Assembly (NCBI GenBank): GCA_965261975.1
Contig: CBDHEC010000036.1
Location: 9,842-73,841 of the forward strand
Direction of reading: 5' to 3'
From: Alphaproteobacteria bacterium
GTDB lineage: Bacteria; Pseudomonadota; Alphaproteobacteria; UBA6615
DNA: 64,000 nucleotides
Under the pieces are notes generated by a model. The model saw only the letters and a list, made by a program, of their open reading frames with translations, made no database searches and had not been told where the DNA came from. Made by a program: the position numbers and the translations under genes. This document shows, piece by piece, positions 35,831 through 45,280 of the stretch. Each line of letters opens with the position of its first letter. Position 1 is the first letter of the stretch.

Positions 35831-36868
35831 TTAGTCCTCGTCCATCTCCGCGGTGCGGTAGATGTAGTTGCCATCCATATAGGTGATGAAGAAATCATGG
35901 AACGACATCGGCTCGTAGACCGGTTCTTCGCCCGGGTTGATGCAGGTCGGGATCGGGTCGGCCACGGTTTCGTCATTGCAGTTATAGAAGAATGTCAGCG
36001 CATAGCGATGGTCGAGCGGCGGCACGACGCGGTGCGGTGTTGCGATGAAACGTCCGTTGGTCCAGCGATTGAAGAACTCGCCGGTGTTGACGACGATCGC
36101 GCCGCGCAAGGGCTCGATTTCCATCCATTTGCCCGATGGGCGCCATGACCTGCAGGTCCCGCCACGTCCATCAGGGGCAAGATATGTCATCGAGCTGTGA
36201 TCGGAATGCGGCGAGAGGGAGAACTGCCCTTCCTCGGCATCCACGGGCGGATACCAGGCGCAACGGTTGTAGTATTCCGGGTGGGAGAACTTGTCGTCGA
36301 AATAGTCTGCCGGCATCTCCAGCGCCCGGGCATAGGCCGGCAGCATCCGTGTCGCCAGGACCGCCATCGTCTCCTGATACTCGAGTAGGGTGGCTTGCGG
36401 AATTCGGGGAGTTCCTCGGGCCACTGGTTGAGGTTCCGGTGACGGATGTTGGCCTTCACCTTGGGATCGTCGGCCGTCGCGTTCGCGCATGAACGCCCAG
36501 GCCTCGTTGAGGTCCTTCTTCTCGTTCTTTGCGATTTTCGACCAGCGCAGGATCAGTGACTTGTTCGGGATGAAGCCCTGGTGGTGGAAATCCACCCGGT
36601 ACTTCATCTTTGTCTCGTCGGAGAGTTTGAACAGTTCGGCGATCTGTTCGAAGCTGCGATCGATCAATCCCTGGTCGATCCCGTGATTGATGATGCAGTA
36701 GAAACCAAGGCTTTCCTGTATGGCCCGCAGGTCGGTGGCGAACTGCTCGACGGCATCGGGGTCCCCTGACAGATAACCGCTGACATCGATGATCGGAATG
36801 CGTTCCTCAGCGATGCATTTCGCGACGTCGGGTGAAACCTGACGTTCCGATTCAGCGGCAACGGACAT
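35831..36868 (-). CDS. Isopenicillin N synthase-like 2OG-Fe(II) oxygenase, with internal compensating frameshifts
   Basis: IPIIDVS, GFYCIINHGI, HSD, VVNTGE...WTNGRF.ATPHRV...RY. The conserved NQWPEELPEFR segment lies in a different frame (ORF 36187-36459). Confidence 0.8.
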   Translation of the reverse strand: MSVAAESERQVSPDVAKCIAEERIPIIDVSGYLSGDPDAVEQFATDLRAIQESLGFYCIINHGIDQGLIDRSFEQIAELFKLSDETKMKYRVDFHHQGFIPNKSLILRWSKIAKNEKKDLNEAWAFMRERDGRRSQGEGQHPSPEPQPVARGTPRIPQATLLEYQETMAVLATRMLPAYARALEMPADYFDDKFSHPEYYNRCAWYPPVDAEEGQFSLSPHSDHSSMTYLAPDGRGGTCRSWRPSGKWMEIEPLRGAIVVNTGEFFNRWTNGRFIATPHRVVPPLDHRYALTFFYNCNDETVADPIPTCINPGEEPVYEPMSFHDFFITYMDGNYIYRTAEMDED

Positions 36869-36950
36869 TTTGGCCTCCGTGATTCTTATGTTCGCCGGCC
36901 CCGCACCGCATGTGCGGTGCAGGGCGGGCCGAACAGGTCTTTGAGCCGGA

Positions 36951-38073
36951 CTACTGGGCGGCGGCGGCGGAATCCTCGTCTTCCGGCACCAGGTCGGCGA
37001 GGTTCGGCATGACTTCCTTGGCGAACAGCGACATGTTGTCGAGCCAATCCTGGAAGGGTTCGTAAACATACTGGACCTGCAGAACGGTGCCGAAGCCTCC
37101 CGTGTCGTCGTAGAGCTTGCGCAGTTTCTCGGTGACCGTATCGGGACTGCCGACGATCCAGATGTTGTCGCAGATATATTCCGCGGTCAGATCCTCGTCC
37201 TTGATGTCCTCGTTCTCCTTGTAGAGATCGACGACGCCGAGTGATTTGAGGACGTTGTACATATAGTCGTTATAGGCCTTCGGGCCATGCCGCCGTTGAG
37301 CACATGGTCGCGTGCTTCCGCATCGGTTTTGCCGACATAGATCTCGCGCGCCACCCGCCAGTCCTTGCGGCTTGGCGTCCGGCCCGTTTCCTTGCCGCGC
37401 CCTGTTTCACCGCTTCCCAATGGGTGTTGAGGTTGGCGGCGGGCAGATAGTTGACGCTCATCGGCATCCAGCCCTCGCGTCCCGCCGTCACCAGCGATTC
37501 CGAGTATTTGTGCAGTCCGGCCACGGCGATTGGCGGATGCGGGTCCTGATAGGGCCGGATGTGATGGTAGAGCGGGATCTGCGGCATCGGTTCGGGCACC
37601 TTGAACTGCCAGAACTTGCCATTGTGTTCGAACGGGTCCTCTTCGGTCCAAAGACGCGTGGATGGCGTCGATCGCCTCGCGCATCCGCTCGCGATGCTCG
37701 CCTTCCTGATAGTCGATGTCGAAGAAGTGGAAATCGGTCGGGTGCGCCGCCCGCACCGATGCCGAAGTTGAGGCGGCCTTTCGAGAGGTGATCGAGATAC
37801 GCGATGCGCAAGTGCCACGAGACGCGGGTCGTGCATCGGCAGCAACACAACGCCGGTGCCGACCCGGATCTGCTCGGTCTGTGCGAATACGGTCGCGGCG
37901 AACAGGTCGGTCGCGGGAATGGGCTCCCACGGGATGGTGTAATGCTCGCCCATCCAGCCCTCGGTGTATCCGAGCTTGTCGGCATGGATATAGGTCTCGA
38001 TGTCGCGGTGATAGTTGCCGTTCACGTCGCCCCCGGGCGGACGCAGAGGCATGCTGAACATTCCGTATTTCAT
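36951..38073 (-). CDS. LLM-class (luciferase-like) flavin-dependent monooxygenase, frameshifted several times
   Basis: GYTEGWMGEH, GTGVVLLP, LDHLSKGRLNFGIGAG, PYQDPHPPI and IVGSPDTV are spread across the three minus-strand frames. Confidence 0.8.
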
Positions 38074-38182
38074 CGTTTCATTCTCCCTAAGGTACCGGAG
38101 CCGTGGGCGGTATTTGAGCCGCTCTCATTCGTTAACGGGGTTTATTCTAGGCGCAGGGGCTTGTCGGCTGGAGTCAATCGGG

Positions 38183-38220
38183 TTCCATTACATAGAAAAA
38201 TAATTCCCATGTATGTGAAA
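38183..38220. promoter_or_regulatory. Tandem palindromic operator-like sites in the divergent promoter region
   Basis: TTCCAT-tac-ATAGAA and TTCCCAT-gt-ATGTGAA in an AT-rich patch. Confidence 0.45.
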
Positions 38221-38277
38221 CATTGTCGGCGCGGTTGGTTTGACCCTATCGTCGCGCAGGACTTGGGGGAGAGGACC

Positions 38278-39066
38278 ATGCTGATTGGCAAGAAGGGCGA
38301 GGCGAAAACCGCTATCGAGACGGCCGACGCGAGCTCGATCACGGTGCGCGGCAAGGATTTGTGCAACGAGGTGATGGGCCATGCCTCGATCGCCGAATTC
38401 TTCTTTTTCCATCTCACCGGTCGCGAGCCGAGTGCCGATCAGGCCTTCTTCATGGATGTGCTGGTGGTCGCGCTGGCCGAACACGGGCTGACGCCGAGCG
38501 TCCAGGCTGCGCGCATGACCCTGGCGGCGGCCCCCGAAGCGCTGCAGGGCGCGGTGGCCGCGGGACTGCTCGGGTGTCGGATCGGTCATCCTCGGCAGTG
38601 CGGATGTGTGCGGGGACATGCTCGACGATGCCGCAAACGCGCATCGAAGGAGGCGAGTCACGCAGAGGCCGCGGCACTGGCGATCGCGCAGGGAATATCA
38701 AGGACGGCCGGAAAATTCATCCCCGGTTTCGGGCACCCCATTCACCACCCCGTCGATCCGCGGGCCGTCCGAATCCTCGAGCTGGCCGATGAACGCGGGG
38801 TCTCGGGACGCCATGTCCATGCGTTGCGCGCGTTTCCCGACGCCGTTGCCGAAGTCTGGGGCAAGCCGCTGCCGATGAACCTGCAGGGACCCATGGCGGC
38901 CGTCTTGCTCGATCTGGACTATCCCGAAGGCGGCGATCCGCGGCATTCCCGATCCTGGCCCGCACCGATGGGACTGATCGGTCACCTGAATGAAGAGACC
39001 GAACGCCCGATCGGATTCCTGCTGGCCCATCACGGTGAAGAAGCCATTAGCTATGACGGGGACTAG
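38278..39066 (+). CDS. Citryl-CoA lyase / citrate synthase-like protein, with internal compensating frameshifts
   Basis: AEHGLTPS, QGAVAAGLLG, PGFGHPIH...DPRA. GSVILGSA and RGIPILAR lie in alternate frames. Confidence 0.8.
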   Translation: MLIGKKGEAKTAIETADASSITVRGKDLCNEVMGHASIAEFFFFHLTGREPSADQAFFMDVLVVALAEHGLTPSVQAARMTLAAAPEALQGAVAAGLLGCRIGHPRQCGCVRGHARRCRKRASKEASHAEAAALAIAQGISRTAGKFIPGFGHPIHHPVDPRAVRILELADERGVSGRHVHALRAFPDAVAEVWGKPLPMNLQGPMAAVLLDLDYPEGGDPRHSRSWPAPMGLIGHLNEETERPIGFLLAHHGEEAISYDGD

Positions 39067-39071
39067 ACTAG

Positions 39072-40403
39072 ATGTCGGCTGCCGAGCTCTTTGATCCCGA
39101 GGCCGAAACCCGGGAATTCGCGGACCAGAAACAGAAAGACGAGCCGGTTTACCGCAGGCAGATTGAGTATCTGTTCGCGCGTTCCGAATTCTATCGCGAG
39201 AAGTTTCGCACGGCTGGTTTCAAGACCCCGGAATCGGTCGGTGGACTGGATGATCTGCGCCACCTGCCGTTCACGGTCAAAGATGAATTGCGCGCCAGCC
39301 AGGCCGACCATCTCCCGCTGGGCAACCAGCTGGCAGCACCGCTCGAAGATGTGGTGCGGATCTATTCAACCAGCGGCACATCCGGTGCGCCGCTCTATAT
39401 TCCGGTCACCCTGGGCGACCTCAAGCGATGGATTCACACGTCCAACCGCAGTTATTTCGCCGCCGGAATTCGGCCTCACCACCGGGTCGTCACCACCTAC
39501 AATTCCGGGCCGTTTGCGGCGGGGGCGGTGCATGAATCCATGATCGCGCTGGGTGTATGCATGGTACCGGTGGGCAGCGGCAATACCGACCGGCTGCTGA
39601 CCGCCCTGGAACGCTTCCAGGTCCAGGCGATGCCCGGGACGCCGTCGTATTTTCTGTATATCGCCGAGGCCGCGCGGGCCCGCGGCATCGATCCGGCGGC
39701 CTGCGGGCTGGAGACGCTTGTGGCCGGTGGTGAGCCGGGGGGCGGTGAGCCCGAAGTCCGTGCTCAGATCGAGGAGGCGTTTAACGCGAAAGTACATGAG
39801 GTCCTGGGGCTCGGCGAGCTGTCGATTTCCATGTTCGGGGAGGGGCCGGAACAGGACGGCATGAACTTCCTCGCCCGGGACTATATCCATATGGAGCTGA
39901 TCGACCCGGACACCGAGGAACCACTGCCGTTCGAGGACGGGGTCCGGGGCGAGCCGGTCTACACCCATCTTCAACAGGAAGCTGCGCCGCTGCTGCGCTA
40001 TCGTTCCCGCGACCATGTGACCGTGCGCATGGGCCCCGTCGCCAGTGGGCGCACCGGACCGCGCATTCGCTGTATCGGCCGGACCGACGACATGCTCATC
40101 GTGCGGGGGGTCAACGTCTTTCCCAGTGCGATCCGGGAGGTGGTGAACCTGTTTCGCCCGGACGTGAGCGGAATCATGCTGGTGCGCCCGACCCAGGCAG
40201 GCGTGCAGCAATCACCGCCACTGCCGGTTCATGTCGAGGCGGCCGAGGGGGCCGAGCCCGGACCCGGGTTGGCGGAAGCGATCGAGAAGGAGATCCGCTC
40301 GAAGCTGGTGGTCACGACCAAGGTCGAGATCGTGACGTTCGGGAGTCTGCCGCGGACCGACTACAAGACGAAGCTCGTGGACTATTCGGACGCCGCCGAC
40401 TAA
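39072..40403 (+). CDS. Phenylacetate-CoA ligase (PaaK)-like CoA ligase
   Basis: LPFTVKDELR, STSGTSG, GTPSY, GGEPG, PLLRYR, GRTDDMLIVRGVNVFPS. Confidence 0.9.
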   Translation: MSAAELFDPEAETREFADQKQKDEPVYRRQIEYLFARSEFYREKFRTAGFKTPESVGGLDDLRHLPFTVKDELRASQADHLPLGNQLAAPLEDVVRIYSTSGTSGAPLYIPVTLGDLKRWIHTSNRSYFAAGIRPHHRVVTTYNSGPFAAGAVHESMIALGVCMVPVGSGNTDRLLTALERFQVQAMPGTPSYFLYIAEAARARGIDPAACGLETLVAGGEPGGGEPEVRAQIEEAFNAKVHEVLGLGELSISMFGEGPEQDGMNFLARDYIHMELIDPDTEEPLPFEDGVRGEPVYTHLQQEAAPLLRYRSRDHVTVRMGPVASGRTGPRIRCIGRTDDMLIVRGVNVFPSAIREVVNLFRPDVSGIMLVRPTQAGVQQSPPLPVHVEAAEGAEPGPGLAEAIEKEIRSKLVVTTKVEIVTFGSLPRTDYKTKLVDYSDAAD

Positions 40404-40406
40404 GCC

Positions 40407-41537
40407 TCAGAACAGGAAGTCGGTCGCCGACAGGTCTGCCATGGCGACGCCCACCAGCGTGATCTCGTCGTTGTTCCCGTAATCGATGGTGGCGTTCCCG
40501 CCGACGTCACTGGTGCTTGCGAGAAGATCCCCGAAGTTGGCGAACCCGAGTGCTGAGACGTCGAGCGTGTCTTCGCCGGACGTGAAATCCTCGACCCAGT
40601 CGTCGCCGCCGTTGACGGAGAACAGGAACAGGTCGTCGCCGTCGCCGCCCCAGAGATGGTCTTCCGCGTTGTCGCCGTCACCGCCGTTGAGCGTGTCTGC
40701 ACCGTCGTCGCCGAAGAGAAAGTCCTGATGCGCGCCGCCGTTGAGTGTGTCGTCGCCATCACCGCCCTGAAGAACGTCGATGCCATTCCCGCCGGAAAGG
40801 TCGTCACTGCCGTCGTCGCCTGACAGCCCGTCATTGCCGTCTTCCCCGCGAAGCGCATCGTCGTCCTCGCCGCCGTGGAGCTTGTCATTGCCGTCGCCGC
40901 CCTCGAGAAGGTCGTTGCCGGTCCATCCGAACAGCCGATCGTCGCCATCCTCGCCGTAGAGGGAATCGTCGCCGGCGTTGCCGAAGAGCCAGTCGTTGCC
41001 GTTGCCGCCGTTGAGCTGGTCGTCGCCGTCACCGCCATGCAGTTCATCCTCACCGTCGCTGCCCAGCAGTCGGTCATCCCCGTCGAGACCCCACAGCGTG
41101 TCGTTGCCGTTGCCCCCGTGCAGCCTGTCGTCGCCCTGGCCGCCATGGAGCCAGTCGTCTCCGTTCTCGCCATGGAGTTCGTCGTCACCAAGGCCGCCGA
41201 GGAGTGTGTCGTTGCCGGCGTCGCCGGCCTGGTCTCCGTACAGCCAGTCATCCCCGGGACCGCCATCGAGCCAGTCATCGCCGTCGTTGCCGTACAGCCG
41301 GTCGTCACCGCGACCGCCGAACAGGTGATCGTCTCCGTCTTCGCCGTAGAGTCGGTCGTTCCCGTTGCCGCCCCGCACATAGTCCTTGCCGCCGCCGGCG
41401 CGAATCTCGTCATCGCCGTCATAGCCGAAGATGATCTCGTTCTCATACGTGCCGTCGATCAGGTCGCCGTCGGCGGTGCCGTAGACAAAACCGTAATCGA
41501 ACGTGTTTCGGTTGTCGTTCTTGTCATGGTCGGACAT
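40407..41537 (-). CDS. RTX/hemolysin-type calcium-binding repeat protein
   Basis: About 30 near-contiguous GGxGxDxLx nonapeptides; C-terminal D.VEDF...ITLVGV...DFLF type I secretion-like tail; no signal peptide. Confidence 0.9.
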   Translation of the reverse strand: MSDHDKNDNRNTFDYGFVYGTADGDLIDGTYENEIIFGYDGDDEIRAGGGKDYVRGGNGNDRLYGEDGDDHLFGGRGDDRLYGNDGDDWLDGGPGDDWLYGDQAGDAGNDTLLGGLGDDELHGENGDDWLHGGQGDDRLHGGNGNDTLWGLDGDDRLLGSDGEDELHGGDGDDQLNGGNGNDWLFGNAGDDSLYGEDGDDRLFGWTGNDLLEGGDGNDKLHGGEDDDALRGEDGNDGLSGDDGSDDLSGGNGIDVLQGGDGDDTLNGGAHQDFLFGDDGADTLNGGDGDNAEDHLWGGDGDDLFLFSVNGGDDWVEDFTSGEDTLDVSALGFANFGDLLASTSDVGGNATIDYGNNDEITLVGVAMADLSATDFLF

Positions 41538-41619
41538 CGTGCTCTCCGTTGGATGCGTCGTTGTCCAACAGATACGTATGCCCGCCGTGATCCGAAGTGA
41601 TGCCGGTCACATGGTCTCG

Positions 41620-41651
41620 AAAAAATTGCGGCGGACCCGAAGATCCGCCGC
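41620..41651 (-). terminator. Rho-independent terminator after the YbhB/YbcL gene
   Basis: Minus strand GCGGCGGATC-TTCG-GGTCCGCCGC-AATTTTTT. Confidence 0.75.
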
Positions 41652-41676
41652 TGAAAATGGCACTGTCAGCCTGAAG

Positions 41677-42309
41677 TTACCCGAGATCGGGGTTCAGGGT
41701 GTATTCCCCCGCCACCTGGCCGCTCGCAAGAATATGACCCTCCATCGCGGCCAGCGCGTCGGCACCGTTGAACACACCGCTCATGCCGAGTGTCTCGACA
41801 TCCAGCGCGTACACGGTGAACACATACTCATGCATGATTTCGTCGTTCCATGGCGGGGCCGGCCCGTCATAGCCGCCATAGTCGCCCGCCATGTCCGGGT
41901 TGCCGGCCATGAACATGCCGAAGTCATTGGCGCCGCGAACGCCGTTGGAGGCAGGTCCGGTCGGCTTGCCTTTCGGCACGACAGAGTCGGATTCCGCGCC
42001 CTTCGGCAGGCTGGTCGTCGTCGCCGGTATGTCGACAAGAACCCAATGCATGAAGTCCATCCGCGCCAGGTCTGCCGGGATTGTCTTGCCTTCCTGGTTG
42101 GCATCGTCGAACACGGTCGGCACGCTGCGATCGTGCATGATGACGGCATAGGATTTGGTGCCGTCGGGGCCGCTGCTCCAGTTGATGGCCGGGCTGATGT
42201 TCGCCCCGAACGTGAACGGCTCATCGTCTGTGCGAATGCCGAAGGCGAACTCCTCGGGAATGCGCTGACCGTCGGCGATGCCGTCGATGCTGAGGTTGAG
42301 GCTCGTCAT
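41677..42309 (-). CDS. YbhB/YbcL (PEBP, Raf kinase inhibitor-like) family protein
   Basis: NISPAINWS, FMHWVLVDIP, YDGPAPPWND...HEYVFTVYALD; GGAGGA RBS. Confidence 0.92.
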   Translation of the reverse strand: MTSLNLSIDGIADGQRIPEEFAFGIRTDDEPFTFGANISPAINWSSGPDGTKSYAVIMHDRSVPTVFDDANQEGKTIPADLARMDFMHWVLVDIPATTTSLPKGAESDSVVPKGKPTGPASNGVRGANDFGMFMAGNPDMAGDYGGYDGPAPPWNDEIMHEYVFTVYALDVETLGMSGVFNGADALAAMEGHILASGQVAGEYTLNPDLG

Positions 42310-42398
42310 GATTCCTCCCCATGATCCTGATCCTGCAAGGTCGGGAAGCTTAACACGAGGCAATGGTCTGAAAAGGCCGGCGTGGGCGCACCGGGCGT

Positions 42399-43403
42399 CT
42401 AAAAATTTGCCGACAGGCTGATCGCACCGAACCGGTCTGCCTGACGCTGGCCATCGAACTCCCGGGTCCGGAATATCTGGGTCACGGCAAGACGCACGCC
42501 TTCGTAGATGAAGGCAATCCCGACCTGGGCATCCCCGACCAACAGGCGCTTGTCGACACTGTGGCTGCTGGCGAAAGTATTCCCGTCGAGGAAGATGTCA
42601 TGGGCGACGCCGCGACCCTGGACGCCGGCGAACGCATACCAGGCGAGACCGGAGCGTTTTTCTACCGCCGCGAGACCGCTGAGCGACGGGCGAATAAGGG
42701 GCGGGCCATAGTCGACGTCCAGATTCTGGCCGATCCGCAGGATTGCACCAGCGCTGGCGAAGGTCATCACATTACCGACGCTGCCGCCGATATGGGGAAT
42801 CGCCCCCGCCTCCAGACCGAATAATTTCCATGGGGCGGGACGCCAGCGGCGTTCGCCGATCAGCATGATGCCCGGTTCGTTATCCAGTTGGTGGCCCCAG
42901 CCGTTCGATCGACCCACATTGATCAGATCATGTACGCCGTTCTGCACCTGACGGCCCAGGGCCCAGGGTCCGACGATGCCGAGGTTGAGCTCGACCGTGT
43001 CGAGGGTATCGGTGGCGGATACCGGTTGGCGATTTGTCTCGGCATGCACCGAGATGGCGCCGTACAACCAGCCGGCGTAGGGACGGTCGTCGGTGACGAG
43101 GGCCGAGGTGGCGGTGTTCTCCGGTGTAAAGATACTCTGGCCGAAAGCGGCACCAACCCGGCCCTGCCGAAGGTTCGCGAAGGGGTAAAGCGTCTCGAGC
43201 ACGTCCTTGACCCATCGGGGGTCATTATCGCGCGCACCGGAGACCCAGGAGAGGCGAAAGCCGTTTGTGTAGTGCCGGTCGGTGTTGGCGATCCGGTCGT
43301 TTTCCCACTGGACGCTATAGGTGTCAGGGTTGGCGGCAACGTCATCGGCGACGACGGTGGCGACCCCGGTGAGGCAGGCCAGCAATATCGCTGCGCGACG
43401 CAT
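42399..43403 (-). CDS. lpxR: Lipid A 3'-O-deacylase LpxR family outer-membrane protein
   Basis: Signal peptide, WENDR...DRHYTNG, GQSIFTP, DRPYAGWL, QNGVH, FLDGNTF, terminal Phe. Confidence 0.85.
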   Translation of the reverse strand: MRRAAILLACLTGVATVVADDVAANPDTYSVQWENDRIANTDRHYTNGFRLSWVSGARDNDPRWVKDVLETLYPFANLRQGRVGAAFGQSIFTPENTATSALVTDDRPYAGWLYGAISVHAETNRQPVSATDTLDTVELNLGIVGPWALGRQVQNGVHDLINVGRSNGWGHQLDNEPGIMLIGERRWRPAPWKLFGLEAGAIPHIGGSVGNVMTFASAGAILRIGQNLDVDYGPPLIRPSLSGLAAVEKRSGLAWYAFAGVQGRGVAHDIFLDGNTFASSHSVDKRLLVGDAQVGIAFIYEGVRLAVTQIFRTREFDGQRQADRFGAISLSANF

Positions 43404-44086
43404 CAGTCTTGCAGGCGCGTGACGGCGAACGGATTGAACCGTGTCTTGCGGTCGTAGTGATCGATGCCTTCCGACCGTTTCAACCAGCCGATCACCGCAT
43501 AGGTGAGGGGCGTGGCCAGGACCTCGTAAGCGATCTTGGCGAGGGCCTGCAGCACGATCGTACCCACCAGCACTTTCATGGGCAGGACGCCCCAGAACGC
43601 GACGAAGACGAAGACGACGGAATCGAGCCCCTGGCCCACCACGGTCGATCCGATGGTGCGCAGCCACAGCATGCGACCCGCGGTGATCACCTTCAGGCGG
43701 GCCAGTATGTAGGAGTTGGCAAACTCGCCGACCAGGTAGGCCAGGAACGACGCGGTGAGGATTCGCGGGGTCGCACCGAGGATCGTATCGTAGGCGGCCT
43801 GACCTTCCCAGAAACCCGCGGCCGGCAGGATTCCAACCAGGGCAAAAGTCAGGACCGCGAACAGATTGGCGCCGAACCCGACCCAAACAACCAACCGGGC
43901 CTTGGCGAAGCCGTAAACTTCAGTCAGAACATCGCCGATGATGTAGCTGATCGGGAAAATCACGATGGCGCCTGTGAGAACATACCCATTTACGTCGATC
44001 AGCTTGACGGCCGTGATGTTCGAAACCATCAAACAGGTCACGAACAGGACGGTGATAATGAGGAAACGCGTGGTTAATCCGGGCAT
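43403..44086 (-). CDS. yhhQ: Queuosine precursor transporter (YhhQ/VUT family)
   Basis: [40 protein letters not shown]; divergent from queA. Confidence 0.9.
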   Translation of the reverse strand: MPGLTTRFLIITVLFVTCLMVSNITAVKLIDVNGYVLTGAIVIFPISYIIGDVLTEVYGFAKARLVVWVGFGANLFAVLTFALVGILPAAGFWEGQAAYDTILGATPRILTASFLAYLVGEFANSYILARLKVITAGRMLWLRTIGSTVVGQGLDSVVFVFVAFWGVLPMKVLVGTIVLQALAKIAYEVLATPLTYAVIGWLKRSEGIDHYDRKTRFNPFAVTRLQD

Positions 44087-44185
44087 CGAAGTGTCGCAGG
44101 TTTCGGGCTGGTACGTTTGGGTCAGGCTAATGGTAGCATGGTCCACGCGCTGTCAATCCGCTGCATCGCAATCAAGGCTTCGCGC

Positions 44186-45214
44186 ATGAAGACATCCGAC
44201 TTCGATTTCGAGCTTCCGCCCGAGCGGATCGCACAACGGCCCGCAGAGCCGCGCGATTCGGCTCGCCTGCTCGACCTGCGCGATGGCATCGCGGATCGGG
44301 CCGTGGCGGACCTCCCGCAATTGCTCGCGCCGGGCAGTCTGCTCGTGGTCAACGACACGCGTGTGATCCCGGCACAACTCGAGGGACGCCGCGGTGAAGG
44401 CAGAATCTCCGTCACCCTGCACAAGCAGATATCGGAGACCGAATGGCTCGCATTTGCGCGCCCCGCAAAACGGCTGCGGCCGGGTGACAGGATCGAGTTT
44501 GCAGAAGGTTTCGCCGCCGAGATGGTCGAGCGGCGCGAGGGGGGTGAGGTGTATCTGCGCTTCGACATGGCTGCCGCTGCCTTTCACGATGCGTTGATGC
44601 GCCATGGCCGGACCCCGCTGCCGCCCTACATCAAGCGTGGCGACGGCCCGGACGGACGCGATACACACGACTATCAGACGATGTTTGCGGCGCGAGAGGG
44701 CGCCGTGGCGGCCCCAACAGCCGGTCTGCATTTCACACCCCAGCTAATGGCAGCACTGGACAATGCGGGCATGGAGCTTGCGACAGTGACGCTGCATGTG
44801 GGGGCCGGTACGTTCCTGCCTGTGACGGTTGAGGATGTCAGCGAACACAAGATGCATGCCGAATATGGCGAGGTTGATGAGGAAACGGCCGAGCGGATCA
44901 ACGCAGCACGGGCTGCCGGGCGGCCGGTCGTATCGATCGGGACGACGGCGCTGCGGGTGCTGGAATCGGCGGTCGATGCGGCGGGTCACGTCGCGGCGTT
45001 TCGCGGCGACACGCGGCTGTTTTGCGTGCCCGGGTACGAGTTTCGCGCCGTCGACCAGCTGTTCACCAATTTCCATCTTCCGCGCTCCACCCTGTTCATG
45101 CTGGTCTGCGCCTTTGCCGGGACCGGGCATATGCGGGCGGCCTACCGCCACGCGATCGCGGCGGAGTACCGGTTCTTCTCCTATGGCGACGCCACACTTC
45201 TCAAGCGCGCCTGA
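44186..45214 (+). CDS. queA: SAM:tRNA ribosyltransferase-isomerase QueA
   Basis: [56 protein letters not shown]. Confidence 0.97.
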   Translation: MKTSDFDFELPPERIAQRPAEPRDSARLLDLRDGIADRAVADLPQLLAPGSLLVVNDTRVIPAQLEGRRGEGRISVTLHKQISETEWLAFARPAKRLRPGDRIEFAEGFAAEMVERREGGEVYLRFDMAAAAFHDALMRHGRTPLPPYIKRGDGPDGRDTHDYQTMFAAREGAVAAPTAGLHFTPQLMAALDNAGMELATVTLHVGAGTFLPVTVEDVSEHKMHAEYGEVDEETAERINAARAAGRPVVSIGTTALRVLESAVDAAGHVAAFRGDTRLFCVPGYEFRAVDQLFTNFHLPRSTLFMLVCAFAGTGHMRAAYRHAIAAEYRFFSYGDATLLKRA

Positions 45215-45280
45215 TATGTGGGGGCGGATGGTGATTTGTGGGATGATCGAGCCGCGGACAGGCGTGAAGGGCCGAAGCGA

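Noticed and set aside
36951-38073. Programmed ribosomal frameshifting in the LLM gene
   Set aside because: There are too many shifts, no slippery heptamers, and neighbouring genes show the same damage.
40600-41480. 27-bp periodic repeats as a CRISPR array or non-coding tandem repeat
   Set aside because: They are degenerate codon-level repeats encoding RTX nonapeptides, with no repeat-spacer structure and no cas genes.
44087-44185. preQ1 riboswitch upstream of yhhQ
   Set aside because: No AGAGGTTCTAG...CCCTCT-type stem or A-rich tail. The space is largely occupied by a TTGACA...TGCTACCAT promoter-like sequence.
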